Below, piece after piece: positions 28,046 to 38,775 of a DNA stretch of 64,000 nucleotides (position 1 is its first letter; each line of letters opens with the position of its first letter). Position numbers and translations under genes: made by a program. Origin of the DNA: a virus; IMG/VR virus record IMGVR_UViG_3300005529_000034, positions 392 to 64,391 of that record; one strand, 5' to 3'. The notes under the pieces are model-generated. The model was not told the DNA's origin. It searched no databases and saw only the letters and a program-made list of their open reading frames with translations.

Positions 28046-28806
28046 CAGAGGGGCCAGTTACCTTTCGAGACGATCACGACCGGCGAGAAATCACTGCGCG
28101 GGCCGTTCATGTTTACGGTGCGAGCCGTCTTATTGTGCGCCATAGCATCGAGAACCATGTTCTCATAGCTCGCGAAATCCTCGGCATAAGCGAGCCCCTT
28201 AGCCTTCTTCCATCGCCAGCTCAGGCCCGTCATGAAAATGTCGGAATCGAGTAGCGGAAAGTCATCATCCGCGCTGAAGAGTCGCCGGAAGAGGTCGCCA
28301 TTGGCGTTGCTGACCCAGTTCTCGGTCTTATACTCGAACGCCACGAGCTGACCGACGGCCGGCGCCGGCCAGAAAAGGAGATTGCCGCCACGAATTCGAT
28401 ACTGTGCCCACCAACCGGTGCCAGCGGTGGTCGCCTTTAGGCCCTGCCAGCCGCTCGGGGTGAGCGGGCCGGGAGTCGACACGAGGGTGGTGCGATTCCA
28501 CATCGTGTCATTGATAATATGCTTCAGGCCATCGGCGGTCGCCGTGATTGTACCGGCAGCCGGCGTCGCCGGAATCCGATTCCCAATGATCTTACCCTGA
28601 TCCTCGGTGGCGAACGTCGTGAAGGTAGCCTCGCGAATGAGTTCCTGCCAGTCGGTGCGCGCACTCAGCTCCTTGCCTTCCTCATTCGCGAGTGAGACAA
28701 GCTGCTGGACTTGAACGTCCGTGGAGCCCGTGGCCGTGCTGGGCTTATTCAGCCCAATCCGGCCGCAGACCTCGCGAACGATAGTGAGGATCGTGTCAGA
28801 TGCCAT
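28045..28806 (-). CDS. head-tail adaptor (tubular A-like)
   Basis: ILTIV..VC.RIGL..P, L..LANE, W..L, LSWRWKKAKGL.YAE. Confidence 0.7.
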   Translation of the reverse strand: MASDTILTIVREVCGRIGLNKPSTATGSTDVQVQQLVSLANEEGKELSARTDWQELIREATFTTFATEDQGKIIGNRIPATPAAGTITATADGLKHIINDTMWNRTTLVSTPGPLTPSGWQGLKATTAGTGWWAQYRIRGGNLLFWPAPAVGQLVAFEYKTENWVSNANGDLFRRLFSADDDFPLLDSDIFMTGLSWRWKKAKGLAYAEDFASYENMVLDAMAHNKTARTVNMNGPRSDFSPVVIVSKGNWPL

Positions 28807-29426
28807 TAGGAGAAATCATCCTCGGGGGTGACGGTCTTCGGCTTGTTGACGATGCCCGCCGCCATCGCCGAGAGCCGCGCCTCCAGCGCCTTGATGCGCT
28901 CAGAATCGGCCTCGGCCTTGGCCCGCAGGACTAGGACTTCTTCAGCGACCTTGCCGGTGTTCTGCGCAGCTTCCAGCCATGCCCGTGCCTTCTGTTGCAG
29001 CTCGCGTGCACCAATGCCGACGCGGCCAATCGTCTCCTCGTTTGCCGAGGCGAGGTCTTCGACGGTGCGGCATTGCGCATTGAGCAGCGCGTCCGCCATT
29101 GGCTTCGAGATGGCCGGCCAGAGGCGCACATGGGTGCCCTGCACGACAGTGTCAACGCTGCGGTCTTCCTTCCATGTCTTGTACGCTTTGCGATATGCGT
29201 CGACCCATTCGGGCCGCATATTCGGATTGCGCGGCAACGTTTCCAGCCACTCCTCCGCGAGCTTTTCGACCGAATCCTTGGAGCCGGCTTGACGGATGAT
29301 CACGAGATGCACCGGGCGGGAAACGTAGCGGCCCTGTTTCAATGTTTCCTCGCGGTCCTCCGCGTAGTCTTCACGAAACTGAATGTAAGGCGGGCGGCCG
29401 GGTGCGTCATTGAAAGCGACTGTCAT
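28806..29426 (-). CDS. hypothetical head-associated protein
   Basis: ORF downstream of capsid genes; HhH-like TVEDLA..G.IG.G. Confidence 0.55.
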   Translation of the reverse strand: MTVAFNDAPGRPPYIQFREDYAEDREETLKQGRYVSRPVHLVIIRQAGSKDSVEKLAEEWLETLPRNPNMRPEWVDAYRKAYKTWKEDRSVDTVVQGTHVRLWPAISKPMADALLNAQCRTVEDLASANEETIGRVGIGARELQQKARAWLEAAQNTGKVAEEVLVLRAKAEADSERIKALEARLSAMAAGIVNKPKTVTPEDDFS

Positions 29427-29499
29427 GGGAAGTTATTCCTATGGGGTTGAATGGAGCTTTTCGCGAAGCCCACTTTCCCGGGAAAGGGCGTGGACTTTG

Positions 29500-29537
29500 A
29501 GAAAAGCCCGCCCGGCGTGGCCACACCGGGCAGGCTT
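29500..29537 (-). terminator. intrinsic terminator after capsid genes
   Basis: minus strand AAGCCTGCCCGG-loop-CCGGGCGGGCTT followed by TTCT. Confidence 0.7.
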
Positions 29538-29579
29538 GAGGGTGCTGGTTTGGAAGCCAGTCTTGTTGTCGAACGAGGG

Positions 29580-30071
29580 TTAGTCGTTGGTCGCGATGCC
29601 GTCCGTGTACGGCCGGTGAATCTCGCACTCTGCCAGACCGGCAGACGGGGTACCGTCAGCCGAAGCGAACTTCGCGAGATGGACCATATAACCGTCGTTG
29701 GTGGCATCGTCCACCTGACCGCCGGTTGCGGTTGCCCACACTGCCGCGTTGTCCACGACAGTTGCCGCCTTCACGATGGCCTTACCGCTGATTTGATACC
29801 AGCCGTACTGATTGGCCACGTTCGCCGACATTGCAACGGCGCAGGGGCCGATGCCGTTGGTTGCGAGTAGAGCAGTCGTCCAGTCGTCCGCGTTGTAGTT
29901 GACGACCGAGCCGAGCACGGTCGACGCTACGCCCTTGAGATAGATGAACTCACCGGCCCCGTAGACCGGATCGTACGCCTCCACGATGGTGCCGAGCGCC
30001 ACTTTCTGCACGGTGTCCGTGTCAGTGATGACCGGGTAGCCGATGCGGGTGTTTTGGATTGTGTAAGCCAT
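29580..30071 (-). CDS. capsid decoration / cement-like protein
   Basis: GGAGG RBS; G.F.YLK..A, G..GW.QI.G pattern; directly after MCP. Confidence 0.7.
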   Translation of the reverse strand: MAYTIQNTRIGYPVITDTDTVQKVALGTIVEAYDPVYGAGEFIYLKGVASTVLGSVVNYNADDWTTALLATNGIGPCAVAMSANVANQYGWYQISGKAIVKAATVVDNAAVWATATGGQVDDATNDGYMVHLAKFASADGTPSAGLAECEIHRPYTDGIATND

Positions 30072-30081
30072 GTTTCCTCCT

Positions 30082-31080
30082 TTAGGCCTTGGCCACACCC
30101 ATCAGCGAGCGATTGCTGATGGTCATGTTGCCCTGGAAAAGGATCGGGATGACAATGGCGTCCTGATTGACGGACTTCATCTCGGGCATGATTTCCATGT
30201 TCGCGTCCTGATGGACGACCATTTCCATATAGTCCGTGTTCAAGAAGTAGGCGTGATTCGACGGAATGCCGCTCGTCGCGGTGTCGAAAACCACATCCGC
30301 ATTCTTGTACTTCAGCGAGACGAATCCGCCGGTTGCGCCCTTCGCGGAGTTGTCGTCCGAGGTGTAGCGCTTCAGCGAGGTCTGGCTGGTTTCGTAGAAC
30401 GTGAAGTAACCGAGGTCCGCCACGATCAGGTCGACTTGATCCGTGCCGCGGGTGAGCTGGTTGTACAACTGACCGAAGAACAGTTCAATCGTGGTTGCCG
30501 ACGGCGTGATCGCGGAGCCGATGAGCGGAGCCGCTGCCGACTGCACCACACTCTTCCAGAACGTGTATACAGACGAGTCGATGCCGCCGACCGTGCCGGT
30601 ACCGGTGTCCGAAATCAACGCCTGAATGCCGTTGATCTGGTTGGTTGCCGAACCGTCGCTGTAGAGGTCCAGCGAGAGGCCGTTGGCGAAGGTGCGCTGC
30701 GCGTTCTTCACGCGAGCTTTCACCAGATTGACAATGCGGTTCTCACCGCTGTTGGTGCGGATGTCGAGACCCGAGGCTGCCACATTGACGGCGACTTGCC
30801 GCCACGGGAATTCCACCGCGGTCAGCACATCGCTGGCCGAAATGTTGAGGGGATCGAAACCGCTGTACCGCTGATACGTGCTGTTCTGCGCGTAATCGAG
30901 CGGCGTGACAATGGACAAGCCGCCGTCTTCGAGACGAGTCTTGCCCTTCGCCGCAATGCGCCGATAGAGCGCGTTGTGGCGAGAGACGTTGTCTACCACT
31001 TCCTTTTGATGCAGACGATAAGTCGTCGACACCAATTCGGTGAACGTGGTAAACAGCGCGCTTTGGCCGGGAGAGGTCAT
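30082..31080 (-). CDS. major capsid protein
   Basis: 332 aa after scaffold; DNV..HNAL, W.Q.AV...SG.D, NG...DLYSDG, ..GN.T..NR. Confidence 0.88.
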   Translation of the reverse strand: MTSPGQSALFTTFTELVSTTYRLHQKEVVDNVSRHNALYRRIAAKGKTRLEDGGLSIVTPLDYAQNSTYQRYSGFDPLNISASDVLTAVEFPWRQVAVNVAASGLDIRTNSGENRIVNLVKARVKNAQRTFANGLSLDLYSDGSATNQINGIQALISDTGTGTVGGIDSSVYTFWKSVVQSAAAPLIGSAITPSATTIELFFGQLYNQLTRGTDQVDLIVADLGYFTFYETSQTSLKRYTSDDNSAKGATGGFVSLKYKNADVVFDTATSGIPSNHAYFLNTDYMEMVVHQDANMEIMPEMKSVNQDAIVIPILFQGNMTISNRSLMGVAKA

Positions 31081-31118
31081 AAGCTAGATGTTACCTTTGT
31101 GTTGTTGTTTGGAACTTG

Positions 31119-32336
31119 TTAGGACGCGCCCTGACGCGCCTTGATTGCTTTGAGGGTGTTGCGAATGGTCGCGTCCATGTCAGTGCCCTTCAACACAGGC
31201 TGGCTCGGGAGTGATCCGCGAGTCTGCACGTTCGTTGCAGCGGCTTTCTTGGCGGCGGCTGCTTTATCAGCCGCACGTTTGCGTTGCGCTTCCTGCTGTT
31301 GTGCAAGGAGCTTGGCGCGCACTGTCGGGTTCGCATAGCAGGCGTTGTCGTACGCCTCCTGTAACGTTTTGGCCCGGCCACTTTCGAGCAACGCAGCCAT
31401 ATCTGCGCTCACTTCGTCGAAATTCTCATGGCCCGGCGCGCCTTTGAACGCGTCGATTTCTGCCTTGAGTCCGGCTTGTTGAGCTTCAGTAAGCTGCTTG
31501 ATTTGATCCTGAGTCTTCGCCAGCGCTTCGCGAAGCGCGGGAACCTCGGGATCGTGTTGCGGTCGGGCAGCCATTGCTGCTGCCTCTTCTTCCGTGGGGA
31601 CGACCGCATTCAAATCGATGTTGTATTGATTCGCCACCTCGCGAATCAGTTGGATTTTCTGCGCCTGCGTACCGCCGCGAAGAACGCTGGCAGTTTGCAT
31701 CAGGTCTTTGATGAGGTTTTGCGGGGTAACCTTCGCCTCGCGCAACATTGCCGCGTAGGGCTCGATTTCCGCGTGTAGAAGCTTGCCAATATTGGCGAGC
31801 TGCTTGTACTCACCGAGGCCCTTATGGAAATCCGCCTCGCGGCGGTGAATCTCGGCCTTCACCTCGGGATCGAGCGCAGCGAATTTCGCCTGCGCGCCGG
31901 CCTTCCATGAGGTCGGTGCCTTGTCAGCCTCGCTGACAGGCTTCGCGGGCTCGGCCGGCTTCTCCTCGGCAGCCTCTTCTGCTACAGCGCCCTCTGCCGC
32001 CGGGTCGTCTGCAGGTGTAGCATTTTCGGGCGCAGCAGCCTCGGGCTTCTTCTCCGGCTCTTTTTGCTCTTGTGCCGGGGTCTCTTTGGCTGCTGCGGCC
32101 TTGAACTTACCGTCCGTGCCGCGCTCGGGTGCCTTTACGGGCTCCGCAGCGGGGCGGTGAACGGGCTCACGCCCTTCGTTGCCGGGTTTCCCCATCCGGC
32201 GGTACAGCTCCCGAACGGTGTCGCCCATATCGTCGTGGGCTTTGACCTCCGCGACGCTGTTCGTTTCCGGGGCGGGGGTGTTTGTCTCGGGTGCAGTGTT
32301 CTGTACCGGTTCTGCGCCGGCATTCTCTACGGACAT
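31119..32336 (-). CDS. capsid scaffolding protein
   Basis: acidic Ala/Glu/Pro-rich helical protein, RGTDGKF, AP.SW, upstream of MCP. Confidence 0.8.
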   Translation of the reverse strand: MSVENAGAEPVQNTAPETNTPAPETNSVAEVKAHDDMGDTVRELYRRMGKPGNEGREPVHRPAAEPVKAPERGTDGKFKAAAAKETPAQEQKEPEKKPEAAAPENATPADDPAAEGAVAEEAAEEKPAEPAKPVSEADKAPTSWKAGAQAKFAALDPEVKAEIHRREADFHKGLGEYKQLANIGKLLHAEIEPYAAMLREAKVTPQNLIKDLMQTASVLRGGTQAQKIQLIREVANQYNIDLNAVVPTEEEAAAMAARPQHDPEVPALREALAKTQDQIKQLTEAQQAGLKAEIDAFKGAPGHENFDEVSADMAALLESGRAKTLQEAYDNACYANPTVRAKLLAQQQEAQRKRAADKAAAAKKAAATNVQTRGSLPSQPVLKGTDMDATIRNTLKAIKARQGAS

Positions 32337-32361
32337 GAGGACTCCAAAAGTTGTCTTGGAT

Positions 32362-32760
32362 TTATGCGGCGTCTAGCACGCGCCGCTTGGATGGAGAAAG
32401 CTGGTAGTAAGCCCGGCGCGCCGCTTCCTCTAATTTCGCGTCGGATTCTTGTTCTTCGTAGGCCCGCTTGCGGTCGGCTTCTTTCTTTTCCTGCTCGAAG
32501 CCTTCGTACTGGCGACAACCGGAGCGCTTTAGGTCATCTCGCCGAGCGCGCTCAGTGGTGATGTATTTACCCGTTGTCGTGCTGACGTATTCGTGGCCGC
32601 CGGCTGCTGGGAATTTGACCACGCCGGCACATGCGCTAATACGCAGCTTCATTCGAGCCTTGCAGTCGGGGCAGGCTGGCGCATTATGGCGCTCGTCCAT
32701 CGCACGAAAGGCGTCGCCCCAGACGCCGCAGGCTTCACACTCGTAGTCGTAGATTGGCAT
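32362..32760 (-). CDS. FmdB-like zinc-ribbon protein
   Basis: MPIYDYECEACG...CPDC. Confidence 0.75.
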   Translation of the reverse strand: MPIYDYECEACGVWGDAFRAMDERHNAPACPDCKARMKLRISACAGVVKFPAAGGHEYVSTTTGKYITTERARRDDLKRSGCRQYEGFEQEKKEADRKRAYEEQESDAKLEEAARRAYYQLSPSKRRVLDAA

Positions 32761-35000
32761 TACATGCCTCGGAATTTGCCCAACATCTTGTCAAAGATGC
32801 TCATTGCAACGTCGAAATTCGGCAGCTTGCGCGATACCATGTTCTGCGCGCCGGTCTTGAGGATCGCTGCAGTTCCCGGGGTTGCGACCTTGGGTGCGGG
32901 AGCGGCAGGCGCTGGTGCCGGCGCTTCGTCTTCCACTGCAGCCGGTTCCTCGTCGGCCTCTGTCGGCTGCGGGTAGAGCCGCTGATACATCTCGCGCAGT
33001 GTCGCTTCGAGAGCCTTTTCCTGCGCGCGGCGGACAGCACGATCCGTGTCGTCATACCCCGCGTGTCCGCCGCCACCGCCCACGGGGTCCGGCGGGAAGG
33101 TCGTCCCGGGAACTTCCGGCGGCGGTTCCTCCGGCGGAGGAATAGGCGCCTCCACCGTCAGAAGCGCCGTATCGCTGACCGAGCCGGCAGAGTTGGTCCA
33201 ATGCACGGTAAGGGCGACGACGCCCGGGAAAAGCGCGGTGCCCTTCAGCAATGCGCCGTCGAACGTGAGCCCGAGGAGCGATGTGCCGTTGACGGTGATC
33301 GAGGTCCAGCCTGCGGCGTAGTTGCCGAAGTTAATCTGGACTTCATCGCCGTACAGGAAATCGTAGTCCGGCAATGCCGTAGTGATCGAGGGCGGCAGCA
33401 CAGGCGACTGCAATGTCTCGGTGGCGCTGGCGCTCCAGCCGGTTCCGTCATTGACGGAAACAGTGAAGCTGCTCACCGAGGCGAGTGCGCGAAACGCGCC
33501 ATTGCTGAAAATGTTGACGTTGGGATCAGTCCAACGAATCTGCTCGCTGCCGTCGAGGTCCGCAGACGCCGTGAGACGCAGCGTCGAATCCAGCAGCCCT
33601 GGCGCAAGGTCGGTGTAGAGCGTGCCGGCAGCCGGCGACATTGGCACGTCGGTGGTCAACTGCACGCCGCTCGGGTCCACGACGACGAGCGGATACGACG
33701 TTCCGTATTTCTTCGTGCCGAGGCTCGCCGTGCAAGTAATCGTCGTGCTGTTGTTCGCAGTGACGGTGACCGCTTCGCCCTTATGCGTGACGGTCGGCGT
33801 ACCCGGGCTGAAAGCACCAGTGATCGTGAAGCTCTGCCCATCCTGCACAAGGCTAACGCCGTCGATACGCGGCGAGACGACGGACGAGAAATCTAAGACC
33901 TGGACCGTGTACTCGCTGTTTCCGTGGCTAGTGCTTTTCTTAGCGAGCACATTCGCAAGGTTCGGCAGCGAGAACTGCGTCATGATCGCCGGAACGGCCG
34001 TGGAGTCCGCCGCTTCCGAACCCATATAGCCGATAATGGCTGTGCTCGTCGCGTCTACTGGCTGCGGCAAACCATCAATAGGAATCGTTTTAGAATCCGC
34101 ATTGTTATCGCCCACTGCCGTAAAATCGGCCACGCCATCCACTACACCAAAGCGCGTCACGCGCAATTGCGGATTGCTAATGACCCACGAGAGGGTTTGC
34201 AATGGAACCGATGCGTTGCGCGTCTTCAGCCGATGCCGCAATGTCGTTGCGTTCGGCTGCCAAATGTAGAACGTATTCAGGTCGTTGTTTGCCGAGTTGA
34301 TCGGATGCATCGACGACGTGACGACGAAGCTATTATTCGGCGAAACCGAGCTAATCGTCGCATCTTCATTGGTCGAGCTGGCCGCGAAGGTGTGCGCGAC
34401 TTTCTGAATCGTCCAGTTGCTGCCCGTGAACTCCATGACGCGATACGCGACAACCGTATCCGAGGCGCTCGAAGTCGCGCGCTTCGCGCGCACCACAATT
34501 GCGGTACCCGTATCCACGAGGTCGGCGTGGACCGAATAGAGGCCCATGACGTTCGAGTTATGCGTGCCGTAGCCGTAAGCAAAGACGACGCACTTAGTAA
34601 TATCGCTAATGCCGGTGATGGCGTTCGAATCAACGGTAGATGCACCATTGGCGATATTCATCTTGCCCGCGCCGCGCAGCACGACGGCGTTCGGGCCGTT
34701 CGAAGGACCGCGGTACTCTACGAGCCACGTCGCTTGCTGATTGTTGCGCGCGACGCCAGACGTGGCGCCGTCATCCTCGAACCGGACAGTATCGTTGTCA
34801 ATGAGGGTCGGCAGACCGAAAGTCTTGCTGAGACCGTCGTTCATTGAACCGGTCGTGCGGCCAATGCCCGTCGTCGTGTGCGGGTAGCACGCCGGCAGGA
34901 AGAATGCCCGGCTGACATCGTTCACGGCGCACGTCTGATCGTTCGTGCTCTGGCCGGAGGGGATGACGCCGGAAACAAAGCTGACGTTGAAATCGCTCAC
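32760..35000 (-). CDS. large beta-rich virion protein with Ig-like domains
   Basis: Ser/Thr-rich; IPT-like FTITG...GTPTVT and Ig-like segments; Pro/Glu/Gly tail. Confidence 0.55.
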   Translation of the reverse strand: MSDFNVSFVSGVIPSGQSTNDQTCAVNDVSRAFFLPACYPHTTTGIGRTTGSMNDGLSKTFGLPTLIDNDTVRFEDDGATSGVARNNQQATWLVEYRGPSNGPNAVVLRGAGKMNIANGASTVDSNAITGISDITKCVVFAYGYGTHNSNVMGLYSVHADLVDTGTAIVVRAKRATSSASDTVVAYRVMEFTGSNWTIQKVAHTFAASSTNEDATISSVSPNNSFVVTSSMHPINSANNDLNTFYIWQPNATTLRHRLKTRNASVPLQTLSWVISNPQLRVTRFGVVDGVADFTAVGDNNADSKTIPIDGLPQPVDATSTAIIGYMGSEAADSTAVPAIMTQFSLPNLANVLAKKSTSHGNSEYTVQVLDFSSVVSPRIDGVSLVQDGQSFTITGAFSPGTPTVTHKGEAVTVTANNSTTITCTASLGTKKYGTSYPLVVVDPSGVQLTTDVPMSPAAGTLYTDLAPGLLDSTLRLTASADLDGSEQIRWTDPNVNIFSNGAFRALASVSSFTVSVNDGTGWSASATETLQSPVLPPSITTALPDYDFLYGDEVQINFGNYAAGWTSITVNGTSLLGLTFDGALLKGTALFPGVVALTVHWTNSAGSVSDTALLTVEAPIPPPEEPPPEVPGTTFPPDPVGGGGGHAGYDDTDRAVRRAQEKALEATLREMYQRLYPQPTEADEEPAAVEDEAPAPAPAAPAPKVATPGTAAILKTGAQNMVSRKLPNFDVAMSIFDKMLGKFRGM

Positions 35001-36955
35001 GCCGGCACCTCCAGCACGATAGCCGCATGGAAGGGCTTGAGCGCCAGAGAGCCCGCCGTGTAATCACGACCGCTATTGAGCGTCGGCGTCTGACCGCGCG
35101 TCTTGCGCCCGGTCTTCGGATTCACATAGTTAACGCAGTCGAAGTACTGCCATTTCTTGCCCGCGCGCGGCGCCGGCAATTGCACGGTCACCGCCGCATC
35201 TGCGGTCGGCCATACGCCGGCAGTCGGCTGATCCATACGCGCCACAACGATGCCGTTTTGGAACTTCGTCCAATAGAACTGCGCGGCTCCATTCGTATAA
35301 TCGGGGCTGCGCAAGCTGAAAGTGGCCGTCGTCTCATTCAACGAGCCCATGCTGCGCGTCGCGAGCGGCGGTCCGAGATAGACATCCAGCTCGTCGACAT
35401 AGAGCGGCTTCTCATGCGACACATTCAAGCAGACCGAGACGCGCTCCACGAGTAAACATGCAACAGTCATGAACCGACCGAAGGTGTAGTCGTCCTGTGT
35501 CCACGCAATCGTCGAGCTGCGATCCGGCGCGTCGCCGTTGCCCATGATGAAGGTGCGACCCCACACCGAGTCGCTATCCTTGCCCATCATCTTGTCGGTG
35601 ATAGCCATGCGGCGATACGCGGTCGTGCACGAGCCGCCGGAGCTAACCGTATAGTTCTTGTTCGCATCCGACGAATGGATACCAAACTGCCGGTCGAATC
35701 CCTCGAACAGCACGCCGGACCATTGGCCATAGAAAGGATGTTGATTCAGCGGCTTCGGCGGCGCCCCGAGGAAGGTCGTGTCCTCGTAGTCGAATGCCCA
35801 ACGCGCCGCATTCGGGATCATGTCCCAATTTGCGCCGAAACGCGCCTTACCGCTCGCGCGGAAATTCAGGAGACCCTGCGCCCAAAAGCGACCGCCAGCC
35901 GTCGAAGCCGCACTGTAGTCATCCGGCGTATCGGTGACGCCGTTGCCATCCATATCAATGTCTTTGACACGCGTCGCGCCATTGTTGATATACACCGCTG
36001 GCAGACGTGCCTCGGCATTATCGACATAGAGGGCGTTCGGCGAATACGTGTCAAGGAAGTTCGCAGGCGTGCCGGCGTTAAACTGCGTATCAATGCTGCG
36101 CCAATAGGCTTGATCGTAGCGCTCGCCGAGATTATTCAGGCCTGAGACGCCCGTCGCCATGTTGCACGACCAATAATTGGTCGTGTCGAAGGCGTCCTCC
36201 GTCTGCTGTCCGCCGGTACGGCGCGTATACCAATACGGCTTGCCGTTCGCACCGTTGATCAGATTAGTAACAATCTCCATCGCATTGTTCTGCGGCGTGG
36301 TGATTGTTTTTAGGGCCGTACTCGGGATGGTATACATCACGAGATTGCAGCCCGGATAGTTGTTCTTGATGTAATCCAGGCCCGTCGCGCGCAAGCTAAG
36401 ACGCGCGTTGGTCGGGTAGAACCATTGGAAGACTACGAGGTCCGTCTCGCCGACATAGTCGCGCACAGAGGCATCCAGAATACCGGATGAGATATTCCCG
36501 ACCGCAACCGAACTACGCATGATCGGATAGTTCGGGAAAATGCTCGTGGTCGGCGACGCGTCGGGCGTCGAAGCCACAACGACGTTCGAAGCGGCAGAGA
36601 TGTTGACATTCGGCGAGTTGTCGCGCGCCTTCGCGGACACGGAGTAATTCGTGCTCGCGGCCAGACCGGTCAACGTGATGCCGGCGACGCTCGTCGCATC
36701 CTGCACTGAGAACGGCTGCGTCTGCTGAAGCGTGCCGCCCGAGGTCTGATAGAAGAAAATGTAATCTTTGACGCCTGTCTGCGCGTCAACGCTCGGGACC
36801 GAAACTCGAAAGGTCAGACTGCCCTCATTAGCGGACAGAAATAGGATGACGGGCGCGGTGGGCGGAGTCGTATCGGCCGGCGGCCCGCTGTACCGGTAGT
36901 TATCGGTCGGGTCCGGGGCGATGATCCAGGTCTTGCTATTGAGGGTCTTCGTCAT
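34997..36955 (-). CDS. FN3 domain plus putative glycoside hydrolase (TIM-barrel-like)
   Basis: DTTPPTAP..TLTGLAASTNYSVSAKARD FN3; ALYVDN, MIPN, GVLFEG strand-end acidic residues. Confidence 0.55.
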   Translation of the reverse strand: MTKTLNSKTWIIAPDPTDNYRYSGPPADTTPPTAPVILFLSANEGSLTFRVSVPSVDAQTGVKDYIFFYQTSGGTLQQTQPFSVQDATSVAGITLTGLAASTNYSVSAKARDNSPNVNISAASNVVVASTPDASPTTSIFPNYPIMRSSVAVGNISSGILDASVRDYVGETDLVVFQWFYPTNARLSLRATGLDYIKNNYPGCNLVMYTIPSTALKTITTPQNNAMEIVTNLINGANGKPYWYTRRTGGQQTEDAFDTTNYWSCNMATGVSGLNNLGERYDQAYWRSIDTQFNAGTPANFLDTYSPNALYVDNAEARLPAVYINNGATRVKDIDMDGNGVTDTPDDYSAASTAGGRFWAQGLLNFRASGKARFGANWDMIPNAARWAFDYEDTTFLGAPPKPLNQHPFYGQWSGVLFEGFDRQFGIHSSDANKNYTVSSGGSCTTAYRRMAITDKMMGKDSDSVWGRTFIMGNGDAPDRSSTIAWTQDDYTFGRFMTVACLLVERVSVCLNVSHEKPLYVDELDVYLGPPLATRSMGSLNETTATFSLRSPDYTNGAAQFYWTKFQNGIVVARMDQPTAGVWPTADAAVTVQLPAPRAGKKWQYFDCVNYVNPKTGRKTRGQTPTLNSGRDYTAGSLALKPFHAAIVLEVPA

Positions 36956-38775
36956 GACTGATTGGTGACGCAGACTTGCCCTGTCTGCAGCAGCGGGTAT
37001 CCGTTGTGATCGAGTTCGCGCGGGTTGAGCGTGGTGACAAGCTCGCCGCGATAGGTGAGGGCAAGGCCCTGGATTTTGCCGACGATGGCGCCGGCCGGAT
37101 CGATGATCATTGCGCCGTCATGGCGATGCGCGAAGCCGCCGAGGAAGACCACGCGATTGTCCGCCGGCCAGTACGCAACGTAGCGCTCGCCGGTCGCCGA
37201 GTTGAACGCCGCGCCACCAATGTAGCTCGCACCGGCTGGTACCGCCGTGGCGTCGTTGAGGAAGTACGTCGGGTAGTAGCCCGTCGGCAATCCGACGGTA
37301 CGGGATGCTGACTTCCCGGCGAGAACCAGCGTGCCCGGCCCCGGCGTCAGCGTGAGAGGCGTGACAACTTCGATCTTGAGCGATGGCGCATAGCCCGTGA
37401 GGACCACGGCGCCCGCCGAGGTCGCCGGCTGGCCGGCGATGATGATCGTGACGCCCGGCTGCTTGCCCGAGAGAGCCAGCGCGCCGGCTTGGCCCTGGAC
37501 GAACCACGCCTGAAATACGCCCGGCTGCTTGCCGGACAAGGCCAACGCGCCCGCAGAGGGCGTCGCGGCCTGATTCGAGTTGCCTTGCGAGACAGTCGGC
37601 TGATACCCGAGGAACGCCAAATTTCCCGGGAAAGGAGGCGGGACGTCGAGCTGCTGCGACGGCTGGAACCCCGCGCCCGTCAATGCGCCTGCCCCGGGCG
37701 TAACAATCGTCGGGGTGATCGCAGAAACGCCCGGCTGATAGCCTACGAGGCTCAGGACGCCCGGCGGCGGGGTCGGGGTGCCTAGGGATAGGGACGGCTG
37801 CAAGCCCGCCAGAGCCAGCGCGGCGGCGGCCGGCGTAATGCTCGGGCTGTTCGTGCTGCTGACGCTCGCCTGCTTACCGGCGAGCGCCACGGCCGCTGCG
37901 GCCGGCGTAATGATGACCGGAACGAGAACCGTCGGCTGCTTGCCGGAGAACGCCAGCGAGCCCTGCGTCGGCGTGATCGAGGTGCCGTTAGTCGGCCAGC
38001 CCGTGATGTTCGAGTTGGGCGAGCTATTGACGTTGCCGAGCGCCGTGTCGTCCCACGGCGTGATCGAGGGGCCGCGCTGGTACGCGAAATAGCCAATGTA
38101 GCCATCGAGCCCGAAGTAGTAAGTGAAGTCCTGCCGGCGCAATAGCAGCGGCCAGCCGTCTTCAAACTTGAAGCTCGTATAGTTGCAGGTCGTCGGGTCC
38201 GTCGTGCTGTTCTTCGTCACGACAGCGTTCGAACCGAGTTTAACCTTCAATACCGCCGTCGCCGGGGTACTGACATCGATGGACGCGGCGACCTGATACC
38301 ACGTGCTGGTGCTCAGTCCCGTGATTGTGGCACTGAGACCGCTGCCGCCATTATGGTTCGCCTTGACGACGAGGTCGAACGTCGAGCCGCTGTGATTCGT
38401 CGTGTAGATCGAGAAGCCGCCATCTTCATTGGCGGTCGAGCAGCTAACGAGTCGCGCGGCACCGTTGTCAACGCTGCGAATGTAGAACGCAACGGCAACG
38501 TTGATGTTATCGAGTGACTGCCCGGGAGTCGTGGCGGTTGTAGCCAGCCACGGCATCGCATGGGTATTCTTCGTCTTCGATTCGAGATAGCCCGAACCGC
38601 TCCAGTTCCCCGCATTCGGATGCCAAACGTAGTCCGTCGTCTCCGCCATAGCAGGCGCGGTGGCGTCGTCCTGCAGCGTGTACGTGCCGGTCGTAGTGCC
38701 GTAGTTCGTGACCGACGTGTCGGACGAACCGCTCGGCTCATTAAAGACTAACAGCCAGTTGGGTTGGGCAACCAT
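36952..38775 (-). CDS. LamG/ConA-like domain plus about 10 G(A/S)LALxGxQP repeats (fibre-like)
   Basis: STWYQVAASID and LDGYI LamG-like motifs; repeats read directly. Confidence 0.6.
   Translation of the reverse strand: MVAQPNWLLVFNEPSGSSDTSVTNYGTTTGTYTLQDDATAPAMAETTDYVWHPNAGNWSGSGYLESKTKNTHAMPWLATTATTPGQSLDNINVAVAFYIRSVDNGAARLVSCSTANEDGGFSIYTTNHSGSTFDLVVKANHNGGSGLSATITGLSTSTWYQVAASIDVSTPATAVLKVKLGSNAVVTKNSTTDPTTCNYTSFKFEDGWPLLLRRQDFTYYFGLDGYIGYFAYQRGPSITPWDDTALGNVNSSPNSNITGWPTNGTSITPTQGSLAFSGKQPTVLVPVIITPAAAAVALAGKQASVSSTNSPSITPAAAALALAGLQPSLSLGTPTPPPGVLSLVGYQPGVSAITPTIVTPGAGALTGAGFQPSQQLDVPPPFPGNLAFLGYQPTVSQGNSNQAATPSAGALALSGKQPGVFQAWFVQGQAGALALSGKQPGVTIIIAGQPATSAGAVVLTGYAPSLKIEVVTPLTLTPGPGTLVLAGKSASRTVGLPTGYYPTYFLNDATAVPAGASYIGGAAFNSATGERYVAYWPADNRVVFLGGFAHRHDGAMIIDPAGAIVGKIQGLALTYRGELVTTLNPRELDHNGYPLLQTGQVCVTNQS

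Noticed and set aside
18726-29426. Long-tail module or tail-chaperone frameshift
   Set aside because: No tape measure, tail tube or sheath gene; the gene order fits a short-tailed virion.
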